A stretch of DNA of 64,000 nt from an uncultured Balneola sp. (GTDB lineage: Bacteria > Bacteroidota > Rhodothermia > Balneolales > Balneolaceae), in NCBI GenBank assembly GCA_902529365.1, contig CABZWK010000008.1, positions 4,654 to 68,653 on the forward strand, read 5' to 3'. The translations under genes were made by a program, and so were the position numbers. Below the pieces are notes generated by a model that saw only the letters and a list, made by a program, of their open reading frames with translations, was not told the DNA's origin and searched no databases. This document shows positions 1 through 10,621 of this stretch, piece after piece. Position 1 is the first letter of the stretch, and the number at the start of each line of letters is the position of its first letter.

Positions 1-1513
1 GGCAATTGGTTATTGCCAGGGGTTTAGCTCCAGAACACACCACATTACGAGCCGATTCAGCTACAGCAATTTGCCCCCCTCTACGTGGATTTAAATAAAC
101 GTATCGACCGTTACAATCTGTTTTTGCTACCAAACCTTTTTTACTTCCTTTAAGCCTAATTATACCTGCATCTGCAGCGCCAGGGCCTTGAACTGTGTTG
201 GTTCGTACCATCGTGTCGTATTGCTCATGAACCCAGCGTTTAGACGCAATGTTTGGACTACCTAACAAGGCTTCCAAACTTTCTATTAGGTTTTCGGGAT
301 GTGACAGGTTCGATAAATCAGCGTTTTGCGTTTTCTCGAGATACCTTGGTTTTTTGGTTTCGCGTACATATTGAGGGGCGCCGCCACCCAACACCAGATG
401 TTCGGCGGGAATTTGGGCTTTTATTTCGCCATCCTTCCAATAAGTTACTTGATCACCTTCCACCACTTCGCCAATTACTACGGCATGTAAATCCCACTTC
501 TCATATACATCGATAATATCTTGTTCTTGGCCTTTGTGTGCCACAATGAGCATACGTTCCTGACTTTCAGATAAAAGCATTTCATAGGCAGTCATTCCTG
601 GCTCTCGCGCGGGTACTAAATCTAAATTTACGCGCATACCTAGCCCCCCTTTTGCGGTCATCTCACTAGAAGAACAGGCAATTCCTGCAGCGCCCATATC
701 CTGCATTCCTATAACCGCTCCAGTTTGAAGAGCTTCGAGACTAGCTTCGAGTAATAATTTTTCGGTAAATGGATCTCCAACTTGCACACTGGGTCGTTTA
801 GCTTCACTTTCCTCGGATATTTCTTCTGAGGCAAAAGTGGCGCCATGGATGCCATCTCGGCCTGTGCTCGCACCCACAATTAGTACGGGATTACCAATTC
901 CTTTGGCAATGGCCGATGCTGTTTCCCCCGCTTTAACAATCCCAATGCTCATTGCATTGACTAGTGGATTACCTTCATAACTTTCATCAAAGCAAACTTC
1001 ACCAGCAATGACTGGCACACCAAAAGAATTCCCATAATCTCCGATACCACGTACCACACCGTCTAATAGATATCTAACTCTAGGGGTTTCCAAAGAACCA
1101 AAACGCAATGAATTTAAGGAAGCAATAGGACGTGCCCCCATAGTGAAAATATCGCGATGAATTCCCCCAACACCCGTTGCAGCTCCCTGATACGGCTCTA
1201 CTGCAGAAGGATGGTTATGACTTTCAATTTTAAACGCGCACCCTAAACCATCACCAATGTCCACAAGCCCAGCATTTTCTTCCCCAGCCGCAATTAATAA
1301 GTGCTCGCCTTCACGAGGTAGTTTTTTGAGTTCTAAAATGGAATTTTTGTACGAACAATGTTCACTCCACATCACCGAATACACTCCTAATTCAGTAAAA
1401 CTAGGGGTTCTTCCTAAGCGTTGAACAATCATTTCGTATTCTATTTGAGTTAAACCATGTTCCAAGGCTAAATCAAGGTTTACAGAGGGTTCAGTCGAGG
1501 TGTGGTTAGACAT
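1..1513 (-). CDS. purL: phosphoribosylformylglycinamidine synthase subunit PurL (FGAM synthase II); the first ~504 codons, with the 3' end running off the window
   Basis: Not in the supplied ORF track because there is no stop in the window. Hand translation of the minus strand from the ATG at 1513..1511 gives [58 protein letters not shown]...[35 protein letters not shown]. These are classic PurL motifs. The frame stays open to position 1. Confidence 0.9.
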   Translation of the reverse strand, partial: MSNHTSTEPSVNLDLALEHGLTQIEYEMIVQRLGRTPSFTELGVYSVMWSEHCSYKNSILELKKLPREGEHLLIAAGEENAGLVDIGDGLGCAFKIESHNHPSAVEPYQGAATGVGGIHRDIFTMGARPIASLNSLRFGSLETPRVRYLLDGVVRGIGDYGNSFGVPVIAGEVCFDESYEGNPLVNAMSIGIVKAGETASAIAKGIGNPVLIVGASTGRDGIHGATFASEEISEESEAKRPSVQVGDPFTEKLLLEASLEALQTGAVIGMQDMGAAGIACSSSEMTAKGGLGMRVNLDLVPAREPGMTAYEMLLSESQERMLIVAHKGQEQDIIDVYEKWDLHAVVIGEVVEGDQVTYWKDGEIKAQIPAEHLVLGGGAPQYVRETKKPRYLEKTQNADLSNLSHPENLIESLEALLGSPNIASKRWVHEQYDTMVRTNTVQGPGAADAGIIRLKGSKKGLVAKTDCNGRYVYLNPRRGGQIAVAESARNVVCSGAKPLAITNC

Positions 1514-1568
1514 AAATGATGTGTTGATTTTAGAATGGGTTTAAGGTACGAGCTTTTTTGCTTAGCCT

Positions 1569-2267
1569 CTACCCTAAGACATCGATTAATTCCTGAAAAT
1601 CTTGAAAATTTAAATGAGGCTCCCTCCCTTCAGGTGAAAGATTTTTGGGATTGTACCAAGCCATGTTCCAACCCGCATTCAACGCACCATCTACATCAGA
1701 ACTCAGTGAATCCCCTACATAGAGTATATGCTCAGGGGCATATCCAGCTTGTTGCGACGCTTCATTGAAAATAGCCGGATCTGGTTTCATTAACCCGAAT
1801 TCTTCTGAAATAATGATGGTTGAGCACATCTTATCGAATTCAAATTGTTGTATTTTCATCCTTTGTGTTTCTGCAAAACCATTCGTGATCACACCTATTT
1901 CGTAGTATTCGTGAAGTTTTAAAAATGTTTGCTTGGCTCCCTTCATCCATTCCCAATGGGTGCGGTAATACTCCATATAAATGGATCCGGCATACTCGTA
2001 GAGTTCACCATCAATACCCAGCGCCTCAAAACTTTCTTGGAATCTTCGACGGTGTAATGTGCTTCGATCAATGATTCCCTGTGCATATTCAATCCATAAG
2101 CCACGATTAATCTGCGCATACACCCTAAGTAATTCGTCCACAGAAACCAACTGAAGCGCCGGTATCTTATTATAAATATCTCTTAGTCCGTTTTGTTCGG
2201 CTTTTTTATGATTCAATAGGGTATCGTCTAAATCAAAATAAATGTAACGAATGAGTTCTTTTTGCAT
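1569..2267 (-). CDS. HAD-superfamily hydrolase, subfamily IA (YjjG-like nucleotidase family)
   Basis: 232-aa ORF. HAD motif I (YFDLDDTLL) lies at the N-terminus and motif IV (YVGDSLSSDVDGA) near the C-terminus. Confidence 0.8.
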   Translation of the reverse strand: MQKELIRYIYFDLDDTLLNHKKAEQNGLRDIYNKIPALQLVSVDELLRVYAQINRGLWIEYAQGIIDRSTLHRRRFQESFEALGIDGELYEYAGSIYMEYYRTHWEWMKGAKQTFLKLHEYYEIGVITNGFAETQRMKIQQFEFDKMCSTIIISEEFGLMKPDPAIFNEASQQAGYAPEHILYVGDSLSSDVDGALNAGWNMAWYNPKNLSPEGREPHLNFQDFQELIDVLG

Positions 2268-2369
2268 GCTTTATATTTTCTGCTAGATTCAATGAATCCT
2301 AAACGTTGGATTTTCGTATAATATAGCCTGATTCTGAGCCAAATATTCTAACCACAGAAACTTGACACT

Positions 2370-2957
2370 ATGAAAGCAAAAAGTATCATTATTGTTGCCC
2401 TACTCGCCATTCTTGTCATTTATGGAATTGGCGTTAACAACGGATTTGTAACTGCCGAAGAATCGGTTGAAAGTGCATGGGCACAAGTTGAAAACCAATA
2501 CCAGAGACGCGCCGATTTAATCCCGAATTTAGTCAACACCGTGCAAGGCGCCGCGGATTTCGAGCAGGAAACATTACAATCGGTTATCGAGGCTCGGAGT
2601 CGAGCAACATCTATTACACTGCAAGCCGATGACCTTAACGATCCTGCCAAAATTCAACAATTCCAGGCTGCACAAGAACAGTTAAGTGGTGCACTTTCTA
2701 GACTATTGGTAAGTATCGAGCGATACCCCGAACTCAAAGCAAACGCTAACTTTAGAGATCTTCAAGCTCAGCTAGAAGGGACTGAAAACCGTATTGCGAC
2801 CGAAAGAAAACGATTCAATGACACCGCTCGCCAGTATAACACAAACATTCGAAAATTCCCTGGAAGCCTCATTGCCTCCATTACTGGGTTTGATCGTAAA
2901 GCCTATTTTGAAGCAAATGAGGGAGCCGAACAACCACCGCTAGTTGACTTTGAATAG
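2370..2957 (+). CDS. lemA: LemA family membrane protein
   Basis: 195 aa. An N-terminal TM helix is followed by LemA-typical stretches (WAQVENQYQRRADLIPNLV, ERYPELKAN, NRIATERKRFNDTARQYN). Confidence 0.9.
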   Translation: MKAKSIIIVALLAILVIYGIGVNNGFVTAEESVESAWAQVENQYQRRADLIPNLVNTVQGAADFEQETLQSVIEARSRATSITLQADDLNDPAKIQQFQAAQEQLSGALSRLLVSIERYPELKANANFRDLQAQLEGTENRIATERKRFNDTARQYNTNIRKFPGSLIASITGFDRKAYFEANEGAEQPPLVDFE

Positions 2958-3009
2958 TCTGTATATTGAAATTCCTGTAGATCGTAAAACCCTCTAGATC
3001 GTAAACGCC

Positions 3010-3438
3010 ATGCCCTTTTTAAGCAATGACGATGAATTAGCCGTTGTTCAGGCCATTCAGCAAGCAGAGAAAAAAACCTCAGGGGAGGTTCGTGTGCATA
3101 TTGAAAAAAAATGTCCTAAAAAAGATCCTATTAAAAGGGCTACTAGCTTATTCCAAAAGTTAGGCATGCATAAAACAGAACTGAGAAATGGTGTGATTGT
3201 TTATGTGGCTACGGAGGATCATTTACTAGCTATTTGGGGGGACGAAGGTATTCATACAAAGGTGGGCCAAAAATTTTGGGAAAGTACCCTTGTAACCCTT
3301 CAAACAGATTTCAAAGAAGGAAACATAAAAAATGGGCTCGTCAAAGCATTATTGGACATTGGCGGTAAGTTACAACAACACTTTCCGTATCAACACGATG
3401 ACGAAAATGAACTTGATGATTCTATTAGCTATGGATAA
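3010..3438 (+). CDS. TPM-domain protein (TLP18.3/Psb32/MOLO-1 phosphatase-like family), soluble
   Basis: 142 aa, directly after lemA as in the common LemA-TPM cassettes. It carries EVRVHIE and GVIVYVATEDHLLAIWGDEGI patterns. Its stop overlaps the next start (ATGGATAA). Confidence 0.65.
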   Translation: MPFLSNDDELAVVQAIQQAEKKTSGEVRVHIEKKCPKKDPIKRATSLFQKLGMHKTELRNGVIVYVATEDHLLAIWGDEGIHTKVGQKFWESTLVTLQTDFKEGNIKNGLVKALLDIGGKLQQHFPYQHDDENELDDSISYG

Positions 3439-4336
3439 TAACCAATTGAATAACTCCATTTCCCGCATAAAAAGTAGAATTAAACGCTTCTCTATCATTA
3501 GTTTGATTGCTCTAGTTTGGATATTTGGGGCAAATCTTGTTTCACTACTCACAACATGGGGGGTATTCCAAACTCATACAGGCGCGTCTATTCAAAGCTC
3601 CGCTGGTCTGCTATATGCTCAATCCACCAATGAGCTTCCACAAAGGCCCGTTGGTATGGTAAACGATTTTGGGAATATACTAACCAACCAAGAAGAAGCC
3701 ATACTTGAACAAAAACTACGTAACTATAGAGACACAACATCCAATGTAATTGCCATTGCCGTACTTAATAATCTTGCGGGCCTCCCAAAAGAGGAAGCCG
3801 CTACCTATCTATTTAACACCTGGAAAATATGGGAAGCTGAGCGGTATAATGGGGTTCTAATTCTAATATCTGTTCAAGAAAGAGAACTACAGATAGAGGT
3901 GGGATATGGTTTAGAAGGAGCTATTCCAGATGTTATGGCCAACAGAGTTGTGCAGGACATACTTGTACCCGCACTACAAAATGGACAATTTTACCAAGGT
4001 CTTGATCGAGCCACTAGCGCGCTTATGCAATTAGCTTCTGGAGAATATGAAGCGGTGGAAAATGCCCGCAGTTCTGAAAAAGGATTTCCTATTGATATAC
4101 TCATTCTGCTTGCTTTGGTTCTGTTTTTTATTTTTTCCAAGGGTCGTGGTGGCCAGGGTGGTGGCCGCACCATTGGGGCAATGGATGTTTTACTTTGGAG
4201 TAGCTTACTCAACAGCCCACGTGGTCGTGTTGGATTTGGTGGTGGTGGCGGATTTGGTGGTGGTGGCGGATTTGGTGGTTTTAGTGGGGGTGGAGGATTT
4301 GGCTCTGGTGGTGGAGGGGCTGGCGGGAGTTGGTAA
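3431..4336 (+). CDS. TPM-domain membrane protein (YgcG-like) with a glycine-rich C-terminal tail
   Basis: I moved the start to the ATG at 3431, an 8-nt overlap with the upstream stop. The ORF-track start at 3332 would overlap the upstream gene by about 107 nt. The layout is a TM helix, a TPM domain (VNDFGNILT, AIAVLN, GVLILISVQERELQIEVGYGLEG), a second TM helix, then a GGGGFGGGGGFGG tail. Confidence 0.75.
   Translation: MDNNQLNNSISRIKSRIKRFSIISLIALVWIFGANLVSLLTTWGVFQTHTGASIQSSAGLLYAQSTNELPQRPVGMVNDFGNILTNQEEAILEQKLRNYRDTTSNVIAIAVLNNLAGLPKEEAATYLFNTWKIWEAERYNGVLILISVQERELQIEVGYGLEGAIPDVMANRVVQDILVPALQNGQFYQGLDRATSALMQLASGEYEAVENARSSEKGFPIDILILLALVLFFIFSKGRGGQGGGRTIGAMDVLLWSSLLNSPRGRVGFGGGGGFGGGGGFGGFSGGGGFGSGGGGAGGSW
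4232..4280 (+). repeat. 18-bp in-frame tandem repeat (GGATTTGGTGGTGGTGGC x2 plus a 13-nt partial copy) encoding GFGGGG units
   Basis: Read directly: unit 1 is 4232..4249, an identical unit 2 is 4250..4267, and a partial copy is 4268..4280. Confidence 0.9.
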
Positions 4337-4342
4337 ACCGAA

Positions 4343-5569
4343 CTATTCAGTAACCGGCTTATACACCAAGGCCTGGCTCAAGTCACTTATAATGTCATCT
4401 ACATCTTCAATACCCACTGCAAGGCGGACTAAGCCATCTTCTATACCCGCTTTTTGACGCAAATGGGCATCCATCACTGAGTGTGTCATAGATGCGGGAT
4501 GTTGAATCAAAGTATCCACCGCACCTAAACTCACTGCAAGTGAACAAAGCTGGACTGAATTCATTAGATTAATTCCTGCTTCAAAGCCTCCTTTTAGCTC
4601 AAAGCTCATCACTGAAGCAGCTCCATCCAACAATATATTCTGTGCGACATTGTAATCGGGATGAGACTCTAACATAGGATACCAAACTCGTTTAACCGAA
4701 TCATGTGATTCAAGGAACTGCGCTACTTTCATCGCATTATCTGTTTGAGCCTGTACACGAAGAGCCATCGTTTTTAACCCATTGTTTAATAACCATGAGT
4801 CCATAGGTCCAGCAATACCCCCCAAATTTTTCCTGTACTTACCAAGATGATAGTTCTCTGCTAATTCTCTTGAACAAGTCAACACCCCCCCTAATGATGT
4901 TCCATGTCCTCCGATATATTTAGTCGATGAGTGAATCACGATATCGGCTCCAAAATTGAGTGGCCGGCAATACATAGGGGAAGCAAAAGTATTGTCTACT
5001 ATTACTTTGGCACCCACTTGGTGAGCGATCTCAACAATACGGTCCATTTGAGCTACTCGCATTGTTGGATTGGTGATTGTTTCCATGTAGACCACCTTAA
5101 GATTATCCATGGATTGAACTTTTTCCTGAAATACATGTAAATCAGTAAAGTCTATAAAATCAGCTTCAATACCCCAATGCGGGGCTTGTTCAAACAATAA
5201 TTGACTACTACAACCGTACAAGGCATCCTGTGCAAGCACCTGCCCTTGTTTAGCCATAGCCATGATAACTGTACTTATAGCGGCCATACCTGTTCCAAAA
5301 ACCATCGAGGTGTACCCATCACTATCCAAATCGTAGCATTCAAGTGAGGTAATCGATTGTTCTAGGGTATTAATATTTGGATTCGATATTCGGGTGTAAA
5401 TATGTGCTCCGACGTGATCAGGAGACGAAAAAGCCCGCGCCCCATGAGCTACGTCATCAAACAGAAATGTTGATGTCTGATATATAGGAGGTACATGCGC
5501 CCCCTCAGATTCTTTATGTATTCTCTCTGCGTCAACAACACCGTGAACAACTCTTGATTTAAATTTCAT
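4343..5569 (-). CDS. PLP-dependent Cys/Met-metabolism enzyme (methionine gamma-lyase / O-acetylhomoserine sulfhydrylase family)
   Basis: 408 aa with DNTFASP and the HSSTKYIGGHG PLP-lysine motif. An Lrp/AsnC regulator sits next to it, as at mdeA/mdeR-type loci. Substrate specificity cannot be decided by eye. Confidence 0.8.
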   Translation of the reverse strand: MKFKSRVVHGVVDAERIHKESEGAHVPPIYQTSTFLFDDVAHGARAFSSPDHVGAHIYTRISNPNINTLEQSITSLECYDLDSDGYTSMVFGTGMAAISTVIMAMAKQGQVLAQDALYGCSSQLLFEQAPHWGIEADFIDFTDLHVFQEKVQSMDNLKVVYMETITNPTMRVAQMDRIVEIAHQVGAKVIVDNTFASPMYCRPLNFGADIVIHSSTKYIGGHGTSLGGVLTCSRELAENYHLGKYRKNLGGIAGPMDSWLLNNGLKTMALRVQAQTDNAMKVAQFLESHDSVKRVWYPMLESHPDYNVAQNILLDGAASVMSFELKGGFEAGINLMNSVQLCSLAVSLGAVDTLIQHPASMTHSVMDAHLRQKAGIEDGLVRLAVGIEDVDDIISDLSQALVYKPVTE

Positions 5570-5583
5570 ACTATTTCTCCTAA

Positions 5584-6048
5584 TTAACTGGTTGGTATAT
5601 ATCCATCTTCCTTAATTGCTCGTAACACCATAGTGGTTTCAAGGCGTTGCACATCGGGTAAGGTGGTTAGTTTATCCCGTAACAAACGTTCGTAATCGGC
5701 TATATCTGTAGCCACTACATGCAGTAAAAAATCAGATTGTCCTGTTGTATGATAACAGGATAATATCTCTGGTATACCTCGTACTACTTCAATAAAACCG
5801 TCCAATAGACTCATTTGGTGTACACTTAGGGTGACCTTAACAAAAACAGTCATACCCTTACCCACTTTTTCTTTTTCAAGTACAGCTGTGTAGCCTTTAA
5901 TAACCCCCTCTCGCTCTAAGCGTTTTACCCTCTCTATGGTAGGTGTAGCCGTTAATCCTACCCTCTTAGCAATTTCTCTATTACTAATTCGAGCATTTTC
6001 TTGCAACAGTACAATAATCTGTTTGTCTATATCGTCTAGTTCTATCAT
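5584..6048 (-). CDS. Lrp/AsnC family transcriptional regulator
   Basis: 154 aa. It has an N-terminal HTH (LDDIDKQIIVLLQENARISNREIAKRVGLTATPTIERVKRLEREGVI) and a C-terminal AsnC-type ligand domain. Confidence 0.9.
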   Translation of the reverse strand: MIELDDIDKQIIVLLQENARISNREIAKRVGLTATPTIERVKRLEREGVIKGYTAVLEKEKVGKGMTVFVKVTLSVHQMSLLDGFIEVVRGIPEILSCYHTTGQSDFLLHVVATDIADYERLLRDKLTTLPDVQRLETTMVLRAIKEDGYIPTS

Positions 6049-6141
6049 ATGTTAGTATTTTATACTACAAAAATATACATATACAAGACATTTGACAAGT
6101 TAAATATCTATTAATAAGTTTTTATGACTACATTAACCCGA

Positions 6142-6810
6142 TTAGCCATTATTATTTAAATTAAACTGAAGATAGCGAATGGTTCTTCCACTCTTGAGAT
6201 GTAATCCTTCGTAATAAGTTTGGATACCAACCAGCTCCTCGGGCGAGGATAGATCTGCATATACATCGTCTATTTGCCTAACTATGGTCAAATTATAAGC
6301 AGTAATTTGAGCAAGGGTAAACTCGAATAACTCAGGACTGTCGGTTTTTAGATGAACCGTACCCCCTGGTATTAACAGCTTCTTATAAAGCTCTAAAAAA
6401 CGGGTTGATGTTAACTTCTTACGGTCTTTTTTGAGTTGCGGATCTGGAAAGATAATCCAGATTTCCTCTATACTTCTTTCCGGGATATAATGTTCTAAAT
6501 GACCTATATTGGCTCGTAAAAAAGCTGCATTATGCATTTGATGAGTTAGGGTATGGTGAGCACCCACCCACATACGATTCCCCTTTATATCAACTCCAAC
6601 AAAATTTCTTTTAGGATATCTTTTTGCCAGACCTATGGTGTACTCCGCCTTCCCACAGGCCAATTCTAAATTAAATGTATCAGAGCCAGTGAAAAACTTT
6701 TCGAACCAAATGTGAGTATTAAACCCCTGACCATTTGGATAATCAATCCACTCAATAACATGATCAAATTGAGCAATCTCTTGAAAACGTTTATGCTTGA
6801 TCTTAGGCAT
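6142..6810 (-). CDS. trmB: tRNA (guanine46-N7)-methyltransferase
   Basis: 222 aa with a SAM-methyltransferase motif (LELACGKAEY, VGVDIKG) and TrmB-like overall length and order. Confidence 0.85.
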   Translation of the reverse strand: MPKIKHKRFQEIAQFDHVIEWIDYPNGQGFNTHIWFEKFFTGSDTFNLELACGKAEYTIGLAKRYPKRNFVGVDIKGNRMWVGAHHTLTHQMHNAAFLRANIGHLEHYIPERSIEEIWIIFPDPQLKKDRKKLTSTRFLELYKKLLIPGGTVHLKTDSPELFEFTLAQITAYNLTIVRQIDDVYADLSSPEELVGIQTYYEGLHLKSGRTIRYLQFNLNNNG

Positions 6811-6824
6811 TATACCTACTTTGC

Positions 6825-7463
6825 TTATGGAGCTAGTCGCTGTTTATGCCATCGTTGATCTATTTGAACATAACATATTCTATCATGAAGCCTACTTGGT
6901 CGACCTTGCCAGAATTCAACTTTTGTGGGTCGTAACTCAAAGCCTCCCCAATGAGCAGGGTATGGCACATCGGTACCCTCTGGATAACGCTGCATTAATT
7001 CTTCTAATCGTTGCTCTAAGACCAATCTACTGCTGATAATTTGACTTTGATTAGATACCCAAGCCCCTAGTTTACTCATGTGAGGTCGAGATAAAAAATA
7101 AGCTTTAGAGTCCTCTTCACTCATCTTACTAACGCACCCCTCTATACGAACCTGTCTTTCCAATTCTTTCCAAAAAAAAGTCATTGCTACCGCAGCATTT
7201 CGCCCTATTTCATTGGCTTTATCGGAAGTGTAATTAGTAAAAAATTGGAATCCACTCTTGGACACTCCTTTTAGCAAAACGATACGGTTATGCGGATTTC
7301 TAAGTTCATCTACCGTTGCAAGAGCACAGGCATTTGCTTCTAGGACTTCTGCCTTTAAAGCCTCCTCAAACCAGCTACTGAATTGTGCAATGGGATCTTC
7401 CTGTAGTGCCGCTTCATCTAGTTCATGTTGCGTATAATCTTTACGTATGTCCTGTATATTCAT
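6825..7463 (-). CDS. pdxH: pyridoxamine 5'-phosphate oxidase
   Basis: 212 aa with RIVLLKG, FQFFTNYTSDK, RIEG and the C-terminal FWQGRPSRLHDR signature. Confidence 0.9.
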   Translation of the reverse strand: MNIQDIRKDYTQHELDEAALQEDPIAQFSSWFEEALKAEVLEANACALATVDELRNPHNRIVLLKGVSKSGFQFFTNYTSDKANEIGRNAAVAMTFFWKELERQVRIEGCVSKMSEEDSKAYFLSRPHMSKLGAWVSNQSQIISSRLVLEQRLEELMQRYPEGTDVPYPAHWGGFELRPTKVEFWQGRPSRLHDRICYVQIDQRWHKQRLAP

Positions 7464-7466
7464 ACT

Positions 7467-8051
7467 CTAATATAAGAAATATTCAGGTTCATTTCCTGCT
7501 TTCCATTTAATAGAACATCCTATGCTTGGCACTTGGGTTTTTGGAGCTTTTTCTCCGTTCAGATACCCATCAATCGCCGTAGTCAAATCCCTACCCGTCA
7601 CCTCTATTTCGTTTCCTGGGCGGCTAGGATCGAATTGTCCTCTGTAGTATAAGTTTAGCTGCTTATCGAAAAAATAAAAATCAGGAGTGCATGCTGCCCT
7701 GTAAGCTTTAGCTGTCGCTTGACTTTCATCATAAAGGTAGGGAAAAGGGTAACGTTGCTTATGTACCACATCAATCATTTTTTCCGGGGAATCCTTTGGA
7801 TACTTTGTTGCGTCATTAGAGCTAATTGCAATGAAGGGGATTCCCTTATTAATGTAGGTATTGGCTACAGAAACTAGTGTTTCATTGATATGGTGTACGT
7901 AGGGACAATGATTACATATAAATAGTACCACAATACCTTTACTATGTTCGGTATAACGATATAAATCGAAATCACCACCTGTAACAATGGGTAGTTGGAT
8001 AGAGGGTGCTTTTGTACCAAGCTCTAGCATGGTTGAACGGGTTGCTGCCAT
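7467..8051 (-). CDS. thioredoxin-fold thiol-disulfide oxidoreductase / peroxiredoxin-like protein (AhpC/TSA-redoxin family)
   Basis: 194 aa with a CNHCPY redox motif in a Trx-fold context. Only 3 nt separate it from pdxH, so co-transcription is likely. Confidence 0.7.
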   Translation of the reverse strand: MAATRSTMLELGTKAPSIQLPIVTGGDFDLYRYTEHSKGIVVLFICNHCPYVHHINETLVSVANTYINKGIPFIAISSNDATKYPKDSPEKMIDVVHKQRYPFPYLYDESQATAKAYRAACTPDFYFFDKQLNLYYRGQFDPSRPGNEIEVTGRDLTTAIDGYLNGEKAPKTQVPSIGCSIKWKAGNEPEYFLY

Positions 8052-8314
8052 GACAAATCTCTTTTAGATGATAGTAAATTCGGTGAATGTGTGCTTGCCT
8101 TAAAGATAAGGGAGTTTCAAAACAAAAAAGCTCCAACATCCGAATAATTTAAAAGAGGTCATCTACTGTTAAATATCGTTGTACGTAGAGCTTTATTACA
8201 CTACACGACAGAATGACTATTTTGTTGCCCACTTTTTATAAAAAAAGACTCTTTTAAAACTATTTACGTTTACTAGGCTTTGAAATAATTTGTAAACCAG
8301 ATAGAATTATGTAC

Positions 8315-10012
8315 TTAATCTGTGCTACGATCAAAGACTTTTTTTCCCGCCACCCAAGTCTCTAGTACTTTTGTTTGCCAAAGCATTGAATCGGGTGCTG
8401 TCACAATATCTTGATCTATTATAATAAAATCTGCCCATTTACCTGACTCTAAACTACCTAAAACACCTTCTTGAAATCCGGCATAAGCAGCATCTAAAGT
8501 GAAGGATTTCAGGGTTTGAACTCGATCCATCGCCTCCTCTGGATACCAACCATTCAATGGGCTCCCTTGAACGTCTTTACGTGTGATAGAGGCATATATT
8601 CCAAGAAATGGGTTGGCTGATTCGACCGGAAAGTCTGACCCTGAAGCTACAATAGTACCCTGAGCTAAAAAACTCTGCCAGGCGTAAGCGCCTTCGATTC
8701 GTTGAGAACCTACTCGGTCTTCTGCCATATTCTTATCACTAGTTGCATGAGTAGGCTGCATGCTAGCTATTAAATCTAACTCTTTAAATCGTCCAATATC
8801 TTCTAGAGCTACTATTTGAGCATGTTCGATTCTATTTCGTTGATCCCCATGCGGATGTAGCTCCTGAGCATAACCAAGTGCATCAATAACCTGTCTGTTA
8901 GCAGCATCACCAATTGCATGTATATTTGCTTGATACCCCTTTGCTACGACTTTTTCGGCCATTGCATTCATTTCCTCCTGACCTACAAACAACAACCCTT
9001 TATTCCCCGGATCGTCATGATAGTCTTCAATCAAAGCAGCGCCCCTACTACCTAAAGCCCCATCTGAGTATAATTTCACACTACGCAGTGCTAATCGATC
9101 ATTATATAAAGAGTTTATAGGTCCCTCATTGGATAATTGATCAAATATTGCACCTGCCCCTGAGATCATCCCGTAAATTCTTGTTCGTAATTTCCCCTGT
9201 TCTGCAAACTGCTTATACAACTCCCATGTTTCTACTCCAAGCCCAGCATCGTGCACACTGGTTACTCCATAAGAACCGAGCAAAGAAAGAGCTGCATCAA
9301 GTGCTAGAGCTTGTTCTTCTCTGGTTGATTCAGGAACCACTCGCTGCACATACCCTTCTGCTGCATCAATAAACACACCTGTTGGACGGCCTCTGGTATC
9401 CCGGATGATTTTACCACCATCAGGATCTGGCGAATCAGAACTAACTTGAGCCAATTGCATGGCTTTTGAGTTTGCCCAACCTGCATGCCCATCTACCCGA
9501 CTTAACCAAACTGGTTTATCTAGAATTATCTGATCTAAATCGGCGGCTGTTGGAAAACGGTTTTCCTCCCACAATGTTTGGTTCCAACCGCGCCCTATAA
9601 TCCACTCTAACTCTGGATTAGCTTCGGCATACTCTTTCAACGCCTGGAGAGTCCCTTGAAGACTCGTTATCCCCGCCAAATTGATTTGGAGTTCTTGAAA
9701 ACCTAAACCCATCACATGCCCGTGTGCATCTATGATTCCTGGCAGCAAGGTTTTGCCCTCGAGATCAATTGCTGTGACGCTTGGGGAAGCTTGAAATTCC
9801 TCAGCAAGATCTTCACCCCCCACAGCAAATACCCTTTCCCCATCCACTACCAAGGTGCTGAAGGATCGTAAGGTATCGGATTCGATCGTATACCCATTTG
9901 CATTATAATAGACTGTCTTTGTAGTCGACTCTGCACAGCTAAACCCGAAAAAAAGTGCTAATGTGAAACATAGATATTTTTTGTGGCGGCTAAAGGGATT
10001 CTGTGAAACCAT
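8315..10012 (-). CDS. amidohydrolase-family metallohydrolase (YtcJ-like), probable lipoprotein
   Basis: 565 aa. It has a lipobox-like signal (FFGFSCAES), an HxH metal motif (IIDAHGHV) and a distal GSDFPVE motif. Confidence 0.8.
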   Translation of the reverse strand: MVSQNPFSRHKKYLCFTLALFFGFSCAESTTKTVYYNANGYTIESDTLRSFSTLVVDGERVFAVGGEDLAEEFQASPSVTAIDLEGKTLLPGIIDAHGHVMGLGFQELQINLAGITSLQGTLQALKEYAEANPELEWIIGRGWNQTLWEENRFPTAADLDQIILDKPVWLSRVDGHAGWANSKAMQLAQVSSDSPDPDGGKIIRDTRGRPTGVFIDAAEGYVQRVVPESTREEQALALDAALSLLGSYGVTSVHDAGLGVETWELYKQFAEQGKLRTRIYGMISGAGAIFDQLSNEGPINSLYNDRLALRSVKLYSDGALGSRGAALIEDYHDDPGNKGLLFVGQEEMNAMAEKVVAKGYQANIHAIGDAANRQVIDALGYAQELHPHGDQRNRIEHAQIVALEDIGRFKELDLIASMQPTHATSDKNMAEDRVGSQRIEGAYAWQSFLAQGTIVASGSDFPVESANPFLGIYASITRKDVQGSPLNGWYPEEAMDRVQTLKSFTLDAAYAGFQEGVLGSLESGKWADFIIIDQDIVTAPDSMLWQTKVLETWVAGKKVFDRSTD

Positions 10013-10124
10013 AGTAAGTAGGTATTAATAAATAAAATTAGAATTGATATGTTGGTATCTCGAAGCTGTGGCACCGTTGTATGCCTGAGCCAGCTTCGAT
10101 CACTCCCTCATTGTGAGGTCAGTA

Positions 10125-10595
10125 TCAGTATACAGAAATCACTGGAAAAACGTTGGATTCCCAGAATGTGTTTTTGAAAAAGTCTGGAGAAATTCCTTTT
10201 TCCCTGAGTTCTTGTCGGCTCATAAAGGCCAAGGCATGTAGATAAGCGGAGTTGTTTTCTGGATCGCTTCCAAGCCTAGGAGAGCTGATGGGTGTATTTT
10301 TTGGATCATGAACTGCAAAATAAAATTCAATGGCATGAAAAGGAGCTTGAATAAGCTCACTAATCAATAATAATTCCCCTACTTCAATGGTAAGCCCCGT
10401 TTCTTCGATGAATTCTCTTTGAACTGCTTCATTGAGTGACTCCCCTACTTCAACTCCTCCACCAGGAAAGGTCCAAAATGCTTGTTTAGTGACTGGTGAG
10501 TACATGTTTAGGCATAAAAGCTGATCACCTCTGCGGAGCACTCCACACGCCCGAATTCTGGTTTTTTGATGAAATCTTTGTTGTTCGGTTTGCAT
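10125..10595 (-). CDS. NUDIX hydrolase
   Basis: 156 aa with the Nudix box GGGVEVGESLNEAVQREFIEETGL. Confidence 0.9.
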   Translation of the reverse strand: MQTEQQRFHQKTRIRACGVLRRGDQLLCLNMYSPVTKQAFWTFPGGGVEVGESLNEAVQREFIEETGLTIEVGELLLISELIQAPFHAIEFYFAVHDPKNTPISSPRLGSDPENNSAYLHALAFMSRQELREKGISPDFFKNTFWESNVFPVISVY

Positions 10596-10621
10596 GTTTT
10601 TTTTTGAAATTGATTCTCATA

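Noticed and set aside
4047-4457. 136-aa plus-strand ORF with a VVVADLVV repeat
   Set aside because: It is an alternative-frame reading of the Gly-rich repeat of the TPM gene that then runs antisense into the PLP-enzyme gene. It is a repeat artefact and not coding.
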